Positions 31,240 through 42,971 of a stretch of DNA of 64,000 bases are shown here, in pieces. A model generated the notes under the pieces. The model was not told where the DNA came from, made no database searches, and saw nothing but the letters and a program-made list of their open reading frames with translations. Position numbers and translations under genes: made by a program. Numbering within the stretch: position 1 is the first letter of the stretch; every line of letters starts with the position of its first letter. Origin of the DNA: Escherichia coli 042 (GTDB taxonomy: Bacteria; Pseudomonadota; Gammaproteobacteria; Enterobacterales; Enterobacteriaceae); the NCBI RefSeq assembly GCF_000027125.1, contig NC_017626.1. The stretch is one strand, 5' to 3'.

Positions 31240-32006
31240 TCAGCGCCCAGAATCTGGTTTATAGCCTTCAGGGGCGGCGTCTGACTGACAATGTCTCGCT
31301 GACTTTTCCCGGTGGGGAAATTGTTGCCATTCTCGGCCCTAATGGTGCGGGAAAATCTACGCTGCTTCGCCAGTTAACCGGCTATCTTCAACCTGATAGC
31401 GGCGAATGTCGGTTGTTTAATAAGCCATTAAATGAATGGTCGATTACTGAACTGGCGAAACACCGGGCCGTGATGCGTCAAAATAGCCACATGGCGTTTC
31501 CATTCAGCGTACAAGAAGTTATCCAGATGGGGCGGCATCCGCATCGTACTGGTAATCAGGATAATGAAACAGCACAAATAATGGCGTTATGTGACTGTCA
31601 GGCGTTAGCAAACCGCGACTATCGGCAATTATCCGGTGGTGAACAACAGCGCGTGCAATTAGCGCGCCTGCTGGTGCAACTCTGGGAACCTACTCCCTCA
31701 CCGAAATGGTTATTTCTTGATGAGCCAACTTCGGCGCTGGATATTCACCATCAGCAGCACTTGTTCCGTTTATTACGCCAGTTAGTTCACGAACGGCAGT
31801 TCAATGTTTGCTGCGTATTGCACGATCTAAATCTTGCCGCGCGTTATGCAGACCGTGTTGTATTAATGCAAAAAGGAAAGGTTATCGCAAATGGTAAACC
31901 TCAGGACGTATTGACACAGCAGGCGCTGACAATGCTCTACGGCGCGGATATTACCGTACTTAAAGATCCTGCCAACCATTCACCACTGATCGTCCTCGAT
32001 CATTAA
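31236..32006 (+). CDS. chuV: Haemin ABC transporter ATPase ChuV (HmuV). The start is taken at [12 protein letters not shown], and the ATGA overlaps the chuU stop.
   Basis: Walker [18 protein letters not shown] signature and Walker [12 protein letters not shown]. Confidence 0.85.
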   Translation: MISAQNLVYSLQGRRLTDNVSLTFPGGEIVAILGPNGAGKSTLLRQLTGYLQPDSGECRLFNKPLNEWSITELAKHRAVMRQNSHMAFPFSVQEVIQMGRHPHRTGNQDNETAQIMALCDCQALANRDYRQLSGGEQQRVQLARLLVQLWEPTPSPKWLFLDEPTSALDIHHQQHLFRLLRQLVHERQFNVCCVLHDLNLAARYADRVVLMQKGKVIANGKPQDVLTQQALTMLYGADITVLKDPANHSPLIVLDH

Positions 32007-32012
32007 AAGCAA

Positions 32013-32037
32013 CAGGAGTACCGCACTGGTACTCCTG
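32013..32037. terminator. Hairpin between convergent chuV and yhiD (candidate terminator)
   Basis: caggagtacc gcact ggtactcctg is a perfect 10-bp stem. A U-rich tract follows on the yhiD (minus) side. Confidence 0.4.
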
Positions 32038-32057
32038 CGAATAAATAACTATACAGA

Positions 32058-32705
32058 TTAGCTAATTGAAACGCCTTTCACCCCTGCCATACCTTTTAAT
32101 AATCGCAACAGATCTTCTATCGACGTTGTGGCATGAAGCTGGATATCAATGGCGACCACTTCATGATCTTCATTTTCCTGCAACGAAACTAAATCAGTTT
32201 TTATTTTTTGCTGCTTAAACCAGTCGAGCATTGACACCGTATTACCGTTCACTAATGTCAGCTGTAAATGGTAATTTTTGTTCATCAGGCGGAAGGTTAA
32301 TTGATGGAAGACTTCCAGCACCAGTAAGGTCATCACTGAACCATAAATGCCCAGTTCGTACATACCGCTACCAATAACCATACCAATGGCGGCGGTCACC
32401 CAGATATCCGCTGCCGTCGTCAGACCTACAATATTTTGGTTACGAACGAGAATGTTACCTGCACCGATAAACCCGACGCCCGTCACCACCTGAGCAGCAA
32501 TACGGCTGGGGTCCAGTCCGACGTGATCTAAAGACAGCACGTCAGCAAAACCATATTTCGAAACAATCATAAACAGGGCGCTTCCCATGCCAATTAATAC
32601 ATGTGTGCGTAACCCTGCTCCTTTGCCGCGCATTTGCCTTTCCATGCCAATAGCGCCACAGGCAATTGCTGCGAGTATAAGACGTATAATAAATTCTGCT
32701 GTCAT
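32058..32705 (-). CDS. yhiD: MgtC-family inner membrane protein YhiD
   Basis: MTAEFIIRLILAAIACGAIGMERQ has the MgtC signature. 215 aa. Confidence 0.8.
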   Translation of the reverse strand: MTAEFIIRLILAAIACGAIGMERQMRGKGAGLRTHVLIGMGSALFMIVSKYGFADVLSLDHVGLDPSRIAAQVVTGVGFIGAGNILVRNQNIVGLTTAADIWVTAAIGMVIGSGMYELGIYGSVMTLLVLEVFHQLTFRLMNKNYHLQLTLVNGNTVSMLDWFKQQKIKTDLVSLQENEDHEVVAIDIQLHATTSIEDLLRLLKGMAGVKGVSIS

Positions 32706-32768
32706 ATAAAAATGCAAAAAGGAGCAGCAAGATGGCTCAACTTGCTACTCCTTTTTACTTGTACCTCA

Positions 32769-33095
32769 TTAATTCGGCAAGTCATTAGATGCTTGATTTT
32801 TGAAGGTATACAAATTTTTCTGCGGGTTTTTCTTGCAGTATTCGATCACTTTAGGAATTTGAGTGAGATCGGTTTCATTTAAAGTAACGGTATCGCCACC
32901 TTTATATACTGTTTCTTCATGCAGCATCCACCATGCAACCGGTGTCATGGCTTTTGGATTCAGATCAATAAATTCCTGGCAGGTCATATCTTTAGCGGAT
33001 TCATTGGCTGCCAGCGCAGATTGTGCGTTCACCAGTGACAAAGCCGCTACAGCGCCCATAAAAATAAACGCTTTACGGAGAGATGAAATATTCAT
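32769..33095 (-). CDS. hdeB: Acid-stress periplasmic chaperone HdeB
   Basis: MNISSLRKAFIFMGAVAALSLVNAQSALA signal peptide, 108 aa. Confidence 0.85.
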   Translation of the reverse strand: MNISSLRKAFIFMGAVAALSLVNAQSALAANESAKDMTCQEFIDLNPKAMTPVAWWMLHEETVYKGGDTVTLNETDLTQIPKVIEYCKKNPQKNLYTFKNQASNDLPN

Positions 33096-33210
33096 TTTGT
33101 AACCCATTCAATATAGAGATTATATATGAACAGGAGGAATAGCTGCTTTTAAAGAAGATATTCCGGCCTGTTCAATATGCAAGGAAGTACGATGTAACGC
33201 ATTCCCGGAA

Positions 33211-33543
33211 TTACATATCTTTCTTAATTTTGTCCCATTCGCCTTTAACTTTATCTTTAAAGTTGGCTTGTTTATCCTGAGTACAAGCCTGAACGATAGC
33301 TGGGGTTACGGTTGCAATACCCTGAACATCTAAAACCGCATCTTCTGGTTTATCTTTGTTGTTCAGCGCTTCAGCAAAACCAACTGCAGTTGGCTGGAAG
33401 GATTCGTCCACAGCCAGGAAATCTTCACAGGTCCAGGAGTTGACCGGTTTTTTGTTATCAGCTGCTTTTTGCGCATCCGCTGCATTGCTCACAACTGGCA
33501 GAAGAAGCAGACCACCAAGAATAACGCCTAATACTTTTTTCAT
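33211..33543 (-). CDS. hdeA: Acid-stress periplasmic chaperone HdeA
   Basis: MKKVLGVILGGLLLLPVVSNAADAQKAADNKKPVNSWTCEDFL matches HdeA. Confidence 0.92.
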   Translation of the reverse strand: MKKVLGVILGGLLLLPVVSNAADAQKAADNKKPVNSWTCEDFLAVDESFQPTAVGFAEALNNKDKPEDAVLDVQGIATVTPAIVQACTQDKQANFKDKVKGEWDKIKKDM

Positions 33544-33797
33544 CGTAATATCCTCAACTATAAAGTGAAAGAGCCGTCACGAATCAATTTCGACACTGAG
33601 GTTATAACCTGGTTTTCTGTATATGTCATGTTGATGGAAAATATCAAAATCAGATATTTTTATTTCAATACAATGAGTTACAGATGCATCAGATACTGTA
33701 ATTAGGAAATTTTTATTAAATCGACTGCATTCTTAGACGCGTTTTTGGCATAGATTGATAGCAGGGGATTTTCTTCTTAATTTTATAGGGTGGTTCT

Positions 33798-34370
33798 ATG
33801 TTATATATAGATAAGGCAACAATTTTGAAGTTTGATCTGGAGATGCTGAAAAAGCATCGCAGAGCAATCCAGTTTATTGCCGTGTTGCTGTTTATCGTCG
33901 GGTTGCTGTGTATCAGTTTCCCGTTCGTCTCTGGCGATATTTTAAGCACGGTAGTGGGTGCATTATTAATATGCTCGGGCGTTGCGCTTATTGTTGGATT
34001 ATTCAGCAACCGCAGTCATAATTTCTGGCCGGTATTATCCGGTTTCCTCGTCGCAGTCGCCTATTTATTGATCGGCTATTTCTTCATCCGCGCACCGGAG
34101 CTGGGCATTTTTGCCATTGCGGCATTTATTGCCGGTTTGTTCTGTGTTGCAGGGGTTATTCGCCTGATGAGTTGGTATCGTCAGCGTTCAATGAAAGGCA
34201 GCTGGCTACAGCTCGTTATTGGTGTGCTGGATATCGTCATTGCCTGGATATTCCTTGGTGCAACGCCGATGGTGTCTGTAACTTTGGTTTCCACACTGGT
34301 GGGTATTGAACTGATATTTAGCGCCGCCAGCCTGTTCAGCTTCGCCAGTTTGTTCGTTAAGCAGCAATAA
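33798..34370 (+). CDS. hdeD: Acid-resistance membrane protein HdeD
   Basis: The 190 aa polytopic protein is divergent from hdeAB. Confidence 0.85.
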   Translation: MLYIDKATILKFDLEMLKKHRRAIQFIAVLLFIVGLLCISFPFVSGDILSTVVGALLICSGVALIVGLFSNRSHNFWPVLSGFLVAVAYLLIGYFFIRAPELGIFAIAAFIAGLFCVAGVIRLMSWYRQRSMKGSWLQLVIGVLDIVIAWIFLGATPMVSVTLVSTLVGIELIFSAASLFSFASLFVKQQ

Positions 34371-35166
34371 TTATCCCAGTTGTCACCCGGATCATAGTCA
34401 CTTGATGTGACTATGATCCGATTAATACTCTCTCCGCTACACAGCGTTGTAGATCAATTGCGCACTATCATTGAAATAATTACCTGCTGATGATTATTTC
34501 AACCTACTGAATTTCATCTGATTTTTTCATTCCATGGCAAATTAGCCATTTCAAACATTATCATGGCTGATATTTTCCGTAGTCAGGTTTAATGTTTTAA
34601 AAGTGCTGTGGGAAAGTGAACAAAGAGTTCCGTAAGCGTTGATGCTATGGGCGGTTAAATAAGTAATCCGGGTTCATTTTTTGCAACAGGCGTTGATTAC
34701 ATTGCATAAATATCCGTGTCTCCAGACGCTATATAAAAACCTGAAGACATGAATGAGTTATTTACTCAGGTAATTTCAATGCGTTAAAAGAAAGCTGGCA
34801 ATCCAATTGCCAGCTTAAGTCGAAACAAGGAGACTCGATATTTAAATCGGATTACATTTTAACTTTAGTAATATTCTTCAGAGATCACAAACTGGTTATT
34901 GATAACTTATTCTTGGGCAGTAATCCGCAAACGTTAACTTTTTGTTTACTATTTACAAACTGTTAACAACCAGGAATCTTACTTAGGATCAATATATGGA
35001 GTGCGTGATGGATAAATCTGAAGTATTGATTAGTGTTAATAAACGTATTAGTTCACGAAGGGCAAAGTTCTTATAGGCGTTTACTATATTGAACAACGAT
35101 TCGGACAAGGATGTAAATAATGAAAAGGATGACATGTGCGAAACGATAACGGCTAAGGAGCAAGTT

Positions 35167-35694
35167 ATGATTTTTCTCATGACGAAAGATTCTTTTCTTT
35201 TACAGGGCTTTTGGCAGTTGAAAGATAATCACGAAATGATAAAAATCAATTCCCTGTCAGAGATCAAAAAAGTAGGCAATAAACCCTTCAAGGTTATCAT
35301 TGATACCTATCACAATCATATCCTTGATGAAGAAGCGATTAAATTTCTGGAGAAATTAGATGCCGAGAGAATTATTGTTTTGGCACCTTATCACATCAGT
35401 AAACTAAAAGCTAAAGCGCCTATTTATTTTGTCAGCCGCAAAGAAAGTATCAAAAATCTTCTTGAGATTACTTATGGTAAACACTTGCCCCATAAGAATT
35501 CACAATTATGTTTTTCACATAATCAGTTCAAAATTATGCAACTGATTCTGAAAAATAAAAATGAAAGCAATATCACGTCGACGCTCAATATTTCGCAACA
35601 AACATTAAAGATTCAGAAATTCAACATTATGTACAAGCTGAAACTAAGACGTATGAGCGACATCGTCACCCTGGGTATCACATCTTATTTTTAG
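35167..35694 (+). CDS. gadE: Acid-resistance LuxR-family transcriptional activator GadE. The start is taken at MIFLMTKDSF, giving 175 aa.
   Basis: The sequence matches GadE. It follows a long AT-rich leader of about 800 bp, typical of gadE. Confidence 0.85.
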   Translation: MIFLMTKDSFLLQGFWQLKDNHEMIKINSLSEIKKVGNKPFKVIIDTYHNHILDEEAIKFLEKLDAERIIVLAPYHISKLKAKAPIYFVSRKESIKNLLEITYGKHLPHKNSQLCFSHNQFKIMQLILKNKNESNITSTLNISQQTLKIQKFNIMYKLKLRRMSDIVTLGITSYF

Positions 35695-36032
35695 TCAGGA
35701 CATAAGCAACTGAAATTGATGGCTGGCATGACGAGGGATGCAGATGCTGATTTCATTACCCCCGGTGATTACTAAAGGAGAGGCGAAAACGACTTTATTC
35801 CCCTGGTATGTGTATCCACCAGTAGAACCCTTCGTTGCCCGAATGCTGGCAGGAACTGTTGGCAGAACGGCAACATTTTTTTTGTCGTTGACCTCACCAT
35901 GTCGATCACTATGCCTGTATCCCACCTTACTGGCTGACAACCCCACTATGCCGCTGGTCTGTAAATCCCTCATATCTCTCCTCGCGCGCAATTTAAAGAA
36001 CCGTTATTTCTCAAGAATTTTCAGGGACTAAA

Positions 36033-37190
36033 ATGAACAGAAGAAGAAAGCTGTTAATACCGTTGTTATTCTGCGGCGCGATGCTCACCGCCTGCGATGA
36101 CAAATCGGCGGAAAACGCCGCCGCCATGACGCCTGAGGTCGGTGTCGTCACGCTCTCCCCCGGTTCGGTCAATGTGTTGAGCGAATTACCCGGTAGAACC
36201 GTTCCTTATGAAGTTGCCGAGATACGTCCCCAGGTGGGCGGTATTATCATTAAACGCAACTTTATCGAAGGCGATAAAGTGAACCAGGGCGATTCGCTGT
36301 ATCAGATTGATCCTGCACCTTTACAGGCCGAGCTGAACTCCGCCAAAGGCACGCTGGCGAAAGCGCTCTCTACCGCCAGCAATGCCCGCATCACCTTTAA
36401 CCGCCAGGCATCGTTGCTGAAGACCAACTACGTTAGCCGTCAGGATTACGACACCGCGCGCACCCAGTTGAATGAAGCAGAAGCCAATGTCACCGTCGCC
36501 AAAGCGGCTGTTGAACAGGCGACTATCAACCTGCAATACGCAAATGTCACCTCGCCGATTACGGGCGTCAGCGGGAAATCGTCGGTGACCGTCGGCGCAC
36601 TCGTTACCGCTAATCAGGCAGATTCGCTGGTTACCGTACAACGTCTGGACCCGATTTATGTCGATCTCACGCAGTCGGTGCAGGATTTCTTGCGTATGAA
36701 AGAAGAGGTCGCCAGTGGGCAAATCAAACAGGTTCAGGGCAGTACGCCAGTACAGCTCAATCTGGAAAATGGTAAACGTTACAGCCAGACCGGCACGCTG
36801 AAATTCTCCGACCCGACGGTGGATGAAACCACGGGCTCCGTGACGTTACGGGCGATTTTCCCCAACCCAAATGGTGACTTGCTGCCTGGCATGTATGTCA
36901 CGGCATTAGTGGATGAAGGTAGCCGCCAGAATGTATTACTGGTGCCGCAGGAAGGTGTCACCCACAACGCCCAGGGTAAAGCAACGGCGCTCATTCTGGA
37001 TAAAGACGATGTTGTGCAGCTACGCGAAATTGAAGCCAGCAAAGCCATCGGCGACCAGTGGGTCGTCACCTCTGGCTTACAGGCTGGCGATCGGGTGATT
37101 GTTTCCGGTTTGCAACGCATTCGTCCGGGTATCAAAGCACGAGCAATTTCCTCCAGCCAGGAAAACGCCAGCACCGAATCGAAACAATAA
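36033..37190 (+). CDS. mdtE: RND efflux membrane fusion protein MdtE
   Basis: 385 aa lipoprotein (LTAC lipobox) of the HlyD family. Confidence 0.9.
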   Translation: MNRRRKLLIPLLFCGAMLTACDDKSAENAAAMTPEVGVVTLSPGSVNVLSELPGRTVPYEVAEIRPQVGGIIIKRNFIEGDKVNQGDSLYQIDPAPLQAELNSAKGTLAKALSTASNARITFNRQASLLKTNYVSRQDYDTARTQLNEAEANVTVAKAAVEQATINLQYANVTSPITGVSGKSSVTVGALVTANQADSLVTVQRLDPIYVDLTQSVQDFLRMKEEVASGQIKQVQGSTPVQLNLENGKRYSQTGTLKFSDPTVDETTGSVTLRAIFPNPNGDLLPGMYVTALVDEGSRQNVLLVPQEGVTHNAQGKATALILDKDDVVQLREIEASKAIGDQWVVTSGLQAGDRVIVSGLQRIRPGIKARAISSSQENASTESKQ

Positions 37191-37214
37191 CGTTGCAGGC
37201 TTAAGGGGACTTTC

Positions 37215-40200
37215 ATGGCTAACTATTTTATTGATCGCCCGGTTTTTGCCTGGGTACTTGCCATTATTATGATGCTTGCAGGCGGTCTGGCGATCATGAA
37301 CTTACCGGTTGCGCAGTATCCGCAGATTGCGCCACCGACCATTACCATCAGCGCTACCTATCCAGGTGCCGATGCGCAAACGGTAGAAGACTCGGTCACT
37401 CAGGTGATTGAGCAAAATATGAATGGGCTTGATGGCCTGATGTACATGTCTTCAACCAGTGATGCGGCGGGTAATGCCTCTATTACTCTGACCTTCGAGA
37501 CTGGGACATCTCCTGATATCGCACAGGTTCAGGTGCAAAATAAACTGCAGCTCGCTATGCCTTCATTACCTGAAGCGGTGCAGCAGCAGGGGATTAGCGT
37601 CGATAAGTCGAGCAGTAATATCCTGATGGTAGCGGCGTTTATTTCTGATAACGGCAGCCTCAACCAGTACGATATCGCGGACTATGTAGCGTCTAATATC
37701 AAAGACCCGCTAAGCCGTACCGCGGGCGTTGGTAGCGTACAGCTCTTTGGTTCCGAGTACGCCATGCGTATCTGGCTGGACCCGCAAAAACTCAATAAAT
37801 ACAATCTGGTACCTTCCGATGTTATTTCCCAGATTAAGGTGCAGAACAACCAGATTTCTGGTGGGCAATTGGGTGGCATGCCACAGGCGGCAGACCAGCA
37901 GCTAAACGCCTCGATCATTGTGCAGACGCGTCTGCAAACGCCGGAAGAATTTGGCAAAATCCTGTTGAAAGTTCAGCAAGATGGTTCGCAAGTGCTGCTG
38001 CGTGATGTCGCCCGCGTCGAACTTGGAGCGGAAGATTATTCCACCGTGGCGCGCTATAACGGCAAACCTGCTGCCGGGATCGCCATCAAACTGGCTACCG
38101 GAGCAAACGCCCTGGATACCTCGCGGGCAGTCAAAGAGGAGCTGAACCGCTTATCAGCCTATTTCCCCGCAAGTCTGAAGACGGTTTATCCTTACGACAC
38201 CACGCCGTTTATCGAAATTTCTATTCAGGAAGTTTTTAAAACACTGGTTGAGGCTATCATCCTCGTCTTCCTGGTCATGTATCTGTTTTTGCAGAATTTC
38301 CGTGCCACAATCATCCCGACGATTGCCGTACCGGTGGTTATTCTCGGGACGTTTGCGATCTTGTCGGCGGTCGGTTTCACCATCAACACGTTAACTATGT
38401 TCGGGATGGTGCTGGCGATAGGGTTACTGGTGGATGACGCCATCGTGGTGGTGGAGAACGTCGAGCGTGTCATTGCGGAAGATAAGCTACCGCCGAAGGA
38501 AGCAACGCATAAATCGATGGGGCAGATCCAACGTGCGCTGGTCGGGATTGCCGTTGTTCTTTCCGCAGTGTTTATGCCGATGGCCTTTATGAGCGGTGCA
38601 ACCGGGGAGATCTACCGCCAGTTCTCCATCACGCTGATCTCCTCCATGCTGCTTTCAGTATTTGTGGCAATGAGCCTGACCCCTGCCCTGTGCGCCACCA
38701 TTCTGAAAGCCGCGCCGGAAGGCGGTCATAAACCTAACGCCCTGTTCGCACGCTTCAACACGCTGTTTGAAAAATCAACTCAGCACTATACCAATAGCAC
38801 CCGCTCGCTGTTGCGTTGTACCGGTCGCTACATGGTGGTCTACCTGCTGATTTGCGCCGGGATGGCGGTGCTGTTCCTGCGTACGCCGACCTCTTTCTTA
38901 CCAGAAGAGGATCAGGGGGTATTTATGACCACCGCGCAGTTACCTTCCGGTGCCACCATGGTTAACACCACGAAAGTGCTGCAACAGGTGACGGATTATT
39001 ATCTGACTAAAGAGAAAGATAATGTTCAGTCGGTGTTTACCGTTGGCGGCTTTGGCTTCAGCGGCCAGGGGCAAAACAACGGTCTGGCGTTTATCAGCCT
39101 CAAACCGTGGTCTGAACGTGTCGGTGAGGAAAACTCGGTTACCGCGATCATTCAGCGGGCAATGATTGCGTTAAGCAGTATCAATAAAGCCGTCGTCTTC
39201 CCGTTCAACTTACCCGCGGTGGCTGAACTGGGTACCGCGTCAGGTTTTGATATGGAACTGCTGGACAACGGCAACCTGGGGCACGAAAAACTGACCCAGG
39301 CGCGAAACGAGCTATTATCACTGGCAGCGCAATCACCGAATCAAGTCACCGGGGTACGTCCGAACGGACTGGAAGATACGCCGATGTTCAAAGTGAACGT
39401 CAACGCCGCGAAAGCTGAGGCAATGGGTGTGGCGCTGTCTGATATCAACCAGACAATTTCCACCGCCTTCGGCAGCAGCTACGTGAACGACTTCCTCAAC
39501 CAGGGGCGGGTGAAAAAAGTGTATGTCCAGGCAGGCACGCCGTTCCGTATGTTGCCGGATAACATCAACCAATGGTATGTACGCAACGCCTCTGGCACGA
39601 TGGCACCGCTTTCGGCCTATTCGTCTACCGAATGGACCTATGGTTCACCGCGACTGGAACGCTACAACGGCATCCCGTCAATGGAGATTTTAGGTGAAGC
39701 GGCGGCCGGGAAAAGTACCGGTGACGCCATGAAATTTATGGCAGACCTGGTCGCTAAACTTCCGGCAGGCGTCGGCTACTCATGGACCGGACTGTCGTAT
39801 CAGGAAGCGTTATCCTCAAATCAGGCTCCCGCGCTGTATGCCATTTCACTGGTCGTGGTGTTCCTCGCCCTCGCCGCACTTTATGAGAGCTGGTCAATTC
39901 CGTTCTCGGTGATGTTGGTTGTACCGTTAGGCGTCGTTGGCGCATTACTGGCCACCGATCTACGCGGCTTAAGTAATGACGTCTACTTCCAGGTTGGTTT
40001 GCTGACCACCATCGGGCTTTCCGCCAAAAACGCCATCCTGATTGTCGAATTTGCCGTTGAGATGATGCAGAAAGAAGGGAAAACGCCGATAGAGGCGATC
40101 ATCGAAGCGGCGCGAATGCGTTTACGCCCAATCCTGATGACCTCTCTGGCCTTTATTCTCGGCCTGCTGCCGCTGGTTATCAGTCATGGTGCCGGTTCTG

Positions 40201-40328
40201 GCGCGCAAAACGCGGTAGGTACCGGCGTGATGGGCGGGATGTTTGCCGCAACAGTGCTGGCAATTTACTTCGTTCCGGTCTTTTTCGTTGTAGTGGAACA
40301 TCTCTTTGCCCGCTTTAAAAAAGCGTAA
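37215..40328 (+). CDS. mdtF: RND efflux pump MdtF (AcrB family)
   Basis: 1037 aa with [27 protein letters not shown], the typical AcrB-family N-terminus. Confidence 0.92.
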   Translation: MANYFIDRPVFAWVLAIIMMLAGGLAIMNLPVAQYPQIAPPTITISATYPGADAQTVEDSVTQVIEQNMNGLDGLMYMSSTSDAAGNASITLTFETGTSPDIAQVQVQNKLQLAMPSLPEAVQQQGISVDKSSSNILMVAAFISDNGSLNQYDIADYVASNIKDPLSRTAGVGSVQLFGSEYAMRIWLDPQKLNKYNLVPSDVISQIKVQNNQISGGQLGGMPQAADQQLNASIIVQTRLQTPEEFGKILLKVQQDGSQVLLRDVARVELGAEDYSTVARYNGKPAAGIAIKLATGANALDTSRAVKEELNRLSAYFPASLKTVYPYDTTPFIEISIQEVFKTLVEAIILVFLVMYLFLQNFRATIIPTIAVPVVILGTFAILSAVGFTINTLTMFGMVLAIGLLVDDAIVVVENVERVIAEDKLPPKEATHKSMGQIQRALVGIAVVLSAVFMPMAFMSGATGEIYRQFSITLISSMLLSVFVAMSLTPALCATILKAAPEGGHKPNALFARFNTLFEKSTQHYTNSTRSLLRCTGRYMVVYLLICAGMAVLFLRTPTSFLPEEDQGVFMTTAQLPSGATMVNTTKVLQQVTDYYLTKEKDNVQSVFTVGGFGFSGQGQNNGLAFISLKPWSERVGEENSVTAIIQRAMIALSSINKAVVFPFNLPAVAELGTASGFDMELLDNGNLGHEKLTQARNELLSLAAQSPNQVTGVRPNGLEDTPMFKVNVNAAKAEAMGVALSDINQTISTAFGSSYVNDFLNQGRVKKVYVQAGTPFRMLPDNINQWYVRNASGTMAPLSAYSSTEWTYGSPRLERYNGIPSMEILGEAAAGKSTGDAMKFMADLVAKLPAGVGYSWTGLSYQEALSSNQAPALYAISLVVVFLALAALYESWSIPFSVMLVVPLGVVGALLATDLRGLSNDVYFQVGLLTTIGLSAKNAILIVEFAVEMMQKEGKTPIEAIIEAARMRLRPILMTSLAFILGLLPLVISHGAGSGAQNAVGTGVMGGMFAATVLAIYFVPVFFVVVEHLFARFKKA

Positions 40329-40690
40329 CGTGTAAATGAGAGTAAGGTTGAACGTGAGGGTTCAGCCTTACTCTTTCCTGCCAACCATTCACCACTCAAC
40401 AACCAGCTAACCGTCAGGAATACCAGGCTTAGTACACAGCACTGAAAGTAGAAACCACTCCAGCCATTCGTCATCAATTTGAATAACACAATAGTGACCC
40501 ACATTCCCGTAATCGTATGAATTGTCAGCTTAATAATCCCAAACATGCCGAGTCTTTTCCTCCTGAAAATACCTATACCGCCTGGCAAACTGCGAAAGAG
40601 AACTAGCCGGTAGCCCGGCAGAAATCATCAGGGAAGAGTTTCACATGAAGCAGGTGTGAGATCCTGACCAATATTCAAATGCAAAATATG

Positions 40691-41419
40691 TCAGGAAAAG
40701 GTACCTGGCGAATGTTGCGCAAACTGATGTGGCGTTACACCATAATATTGTCGAAATGTGTTTATAAAGTACGATGTACTGCTATAGCCACATTTTTCCG
40801 CAATAGTATGCAGAGGAATTTGACGTAACTCGAGTAATCGTCTGGCCATCGACATCCTGGAGGCGAGTAATATTTTACTGAAACAGGTATTTTCATCCTG
40901 CAACTTTTTTTTGATTAGACTCTCGCTGGTATACATTCTTTCCGCGATATCGCGCAGATACCAACGTTTAGCGATATCAAAGCTAATAAGGCGTTCAACT
41001 TTTCCTGAAACAGTACTGATACTATTGAAAAGTAAGGGGATCAGTTCTTTCTTATGAGAAAACATCGATAAACAGGAAAGATAGAGCATTTTGCTCAGTA
41101 TCGGCGAATTTACCCCGGAGTCATTGAAACTATCAAAAATCGCCGTCACCAGCGGCATGGGGGGTGACTGGTTAATTAACAGACGGTCTTTGCTATGTAA
41201 CCCTAAATTGCGTGGTATCTGACGAATATTTTGTAAGTAATGGCAAACTGTCAGCTCATCGATATCCAGTCGTCGCGTATCCGGTGAACAAAACGCAAAA
41301 TCGTCTGCCAAATTTTTATCCAGTAACAGGATACTCTCGTTGTGCAACGATATTTTTTGCTGTTCATGATAAATATCGAATGAACGACGAACGAGGATCA
41401 CCGAGCAGACATGAGTCAT
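40691..41419 (-). CDS. gadW: AraC-family regulator GadW
   Basis: 242 aa with C-terminal AraC HTH. Confidence 0.85.
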   Translation of the reverse strand: MTHVCSVILVRRSFDIYHEQQKISLHNESILLLDKNLADDFAFCSPDTRRLDIDELTVCHYLQNIRQIPRNLGLHSKDRLLINQSPPMPLVTAIFDSFNDSGVNSPILSKMLYLSCLSMFSHKKELIPLLFNSISTVSGKVERLISFDIAKRWYLRDIAERMYTSESLIKKKLQDENTCFSKILLASRMSMARRLLELRQIPLHTIAEKCGYSSTSYFINTFRQYYGVTPHQFAQHSPGTFS

Positions 41420-41665
41420 GACTATCCCTTATATTTCATTACTGCGATTATTTCAATTTCAGTATACTAATGAAATGATGCCAGACTGTTTCTTAGCGCA
41501 AAAACTGCCAGATTTGGTAGGACCAAAATTTATCCACAAAGTAGTTTTGCATAACAGTTAATTGATAATAAGTAAATGCAACACGAATATATTTTCGCAC
41601 AGCGTATAGCTTATGTTTATAAAAAAATGGCTGATCTTATTTCCAGTAAAAGTTATATTTAACTT

Positions 41666-41770
41666 ACTGAGAGCACAAAGTTTCCCGTGCCAACAGGGAG
41701 TGTTATAACGGTTTATTAGTCTGGAGACGGCAGACTATCCTCTTCCCGGTCCCCTATGCCGGGTTTTTTT
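41666..41770 (+). ncRNA. gadY: GadY small RNA (stabilises gadXW mRNA)
   Basis: ACTGAGAGCACAAAGTTTCCCGTGCCAACAGGGAGTG…CCCGGTCCCCTATGCCGGG+T8 matches the GadY sequence as recalled. It is encoded opposite the gadX 3' end and ends in an intrinsic terminator. Confidence 0.75.
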
Positions 41771-41787
41771 TATGTCTGAGTAAAACT

Positions 41788-42612
41788 CTATAATCTTATT
41801 CCTTCCGCAGAACAGTCAGTGCCGTAAAAATTCCCTTGCGCAACAATACTTGCCGCCGAGTCACGGTTCGACAATCCCTGCGCCGATCGCTCCTGATACT
41901 CTGTGGGCGTCATCCCATAATAATTTCGAAAGACGTAAATGAAATACGACACGCTGTGATATCCACAGGACACTGCGACTCGCTTAATTGAAAAGCCATG
42001 TATAACAATAAGTTGCAAAGCATGTTGCATTCTACACTCAGTAAGCAACTGTGAATATGAAGTCTCTTCTTCGCGCAATTTTTTCTTTAACAGGCTTGGA
42101 CTCATCAACAGCTCGCTGGCGATTCGGGCTAGTGTCCACTCATGGGCGATATTATTATTGATAACCGTACAAACTCGTGTTCGCATGTTCGGTTGCAAAA
42201 CGTTCAGAAGTAGCGGTATAAACTGCTCATCCTCCAGAAAAACAGATAACAGCGCAAAGATTAATGCTCTTTTACGTAGCGTTTCTGCATAGCGAAGATT
42301 CTTATTCTGCGATAGTTGCGCAACTTCCTGAAAAACAGGAATATCTCTGGTACAGTGATGAACGAGTAATGAAGGAACTTTTTTATGTGCATGAAGTTTT
42401 AATGCCTCCTCCTTGAGCATCGGGAGAAATAATGAAAGCGTATCCCTTGAAACTAATATGAAATGTTCACCACACTTATCTACTCGAATTTGGCTTGCAT
42501 CCGCAAAAACCAGGTCACCGCCATTAAAATAGCGATATTCACCATTAACCATGGTGAGAATATATTTATGTCTTGCGTACGCAATTAGACAATTCCCATG
42601 TAGTGATTGCAT
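41788..42612 (-). CDS. gadX: AraC-family regulator GadX
   Basis: 274 aa with C-terminal AraC HTH. Adjacent to gadA. Confidence 0.85.
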   Translation of the reverse strand: MQSLHGNCLIAYARHKYILTMVNGEYRYFNGGDLVFADASQIRVDKCGEHFILVSRDTLSLFLPMLKEEALKLHAHKKVPSLLVHHCTRDIPVFQEVAQLSQNKNLRYAETLRKRALIFALLSVFLEDEQFIPLLLNVLQPNMRTRVCTVINNNIAHEWTLARIASELLMSPSLLKKKLREEETSYSQLLTECRMQHALQLIVIHGFSIKRVAVSCGYHSVSYFIYVFRNYYGMTPTEYQERSAQGLSNRDSAASIVAQGNFYGTDCSAEGIRL

Positions 42613-42971
42613 AGTTGGCTTAATATTACATAAACATATTACTGTTTATTAATGTAGCACGCCGCCCTCTTAAGTCAAATTGATTGATAAATAAATTTTA
42701 ACGAAGCGGGAAAACAGGATGATAATCTACGGGCAGGATGACTGGATTTATAATACAAAAGGCGCGCTTAAGAACGCAGTGAAATTAATAATAAGCAAAT
42801 AATACCTTGTAGTGACATGAAAAATATCCGTTACATTGAATAAACATTCATATAACATATATCTTATCAACACGATGAATAGACAGCCAATATATTATTG
42901 CGATTAATAAGCAACCGAATGCCCAACTGTTTTTTAAAGGTTGGGCATTCGGTTTTTACAACGTTATGTTA

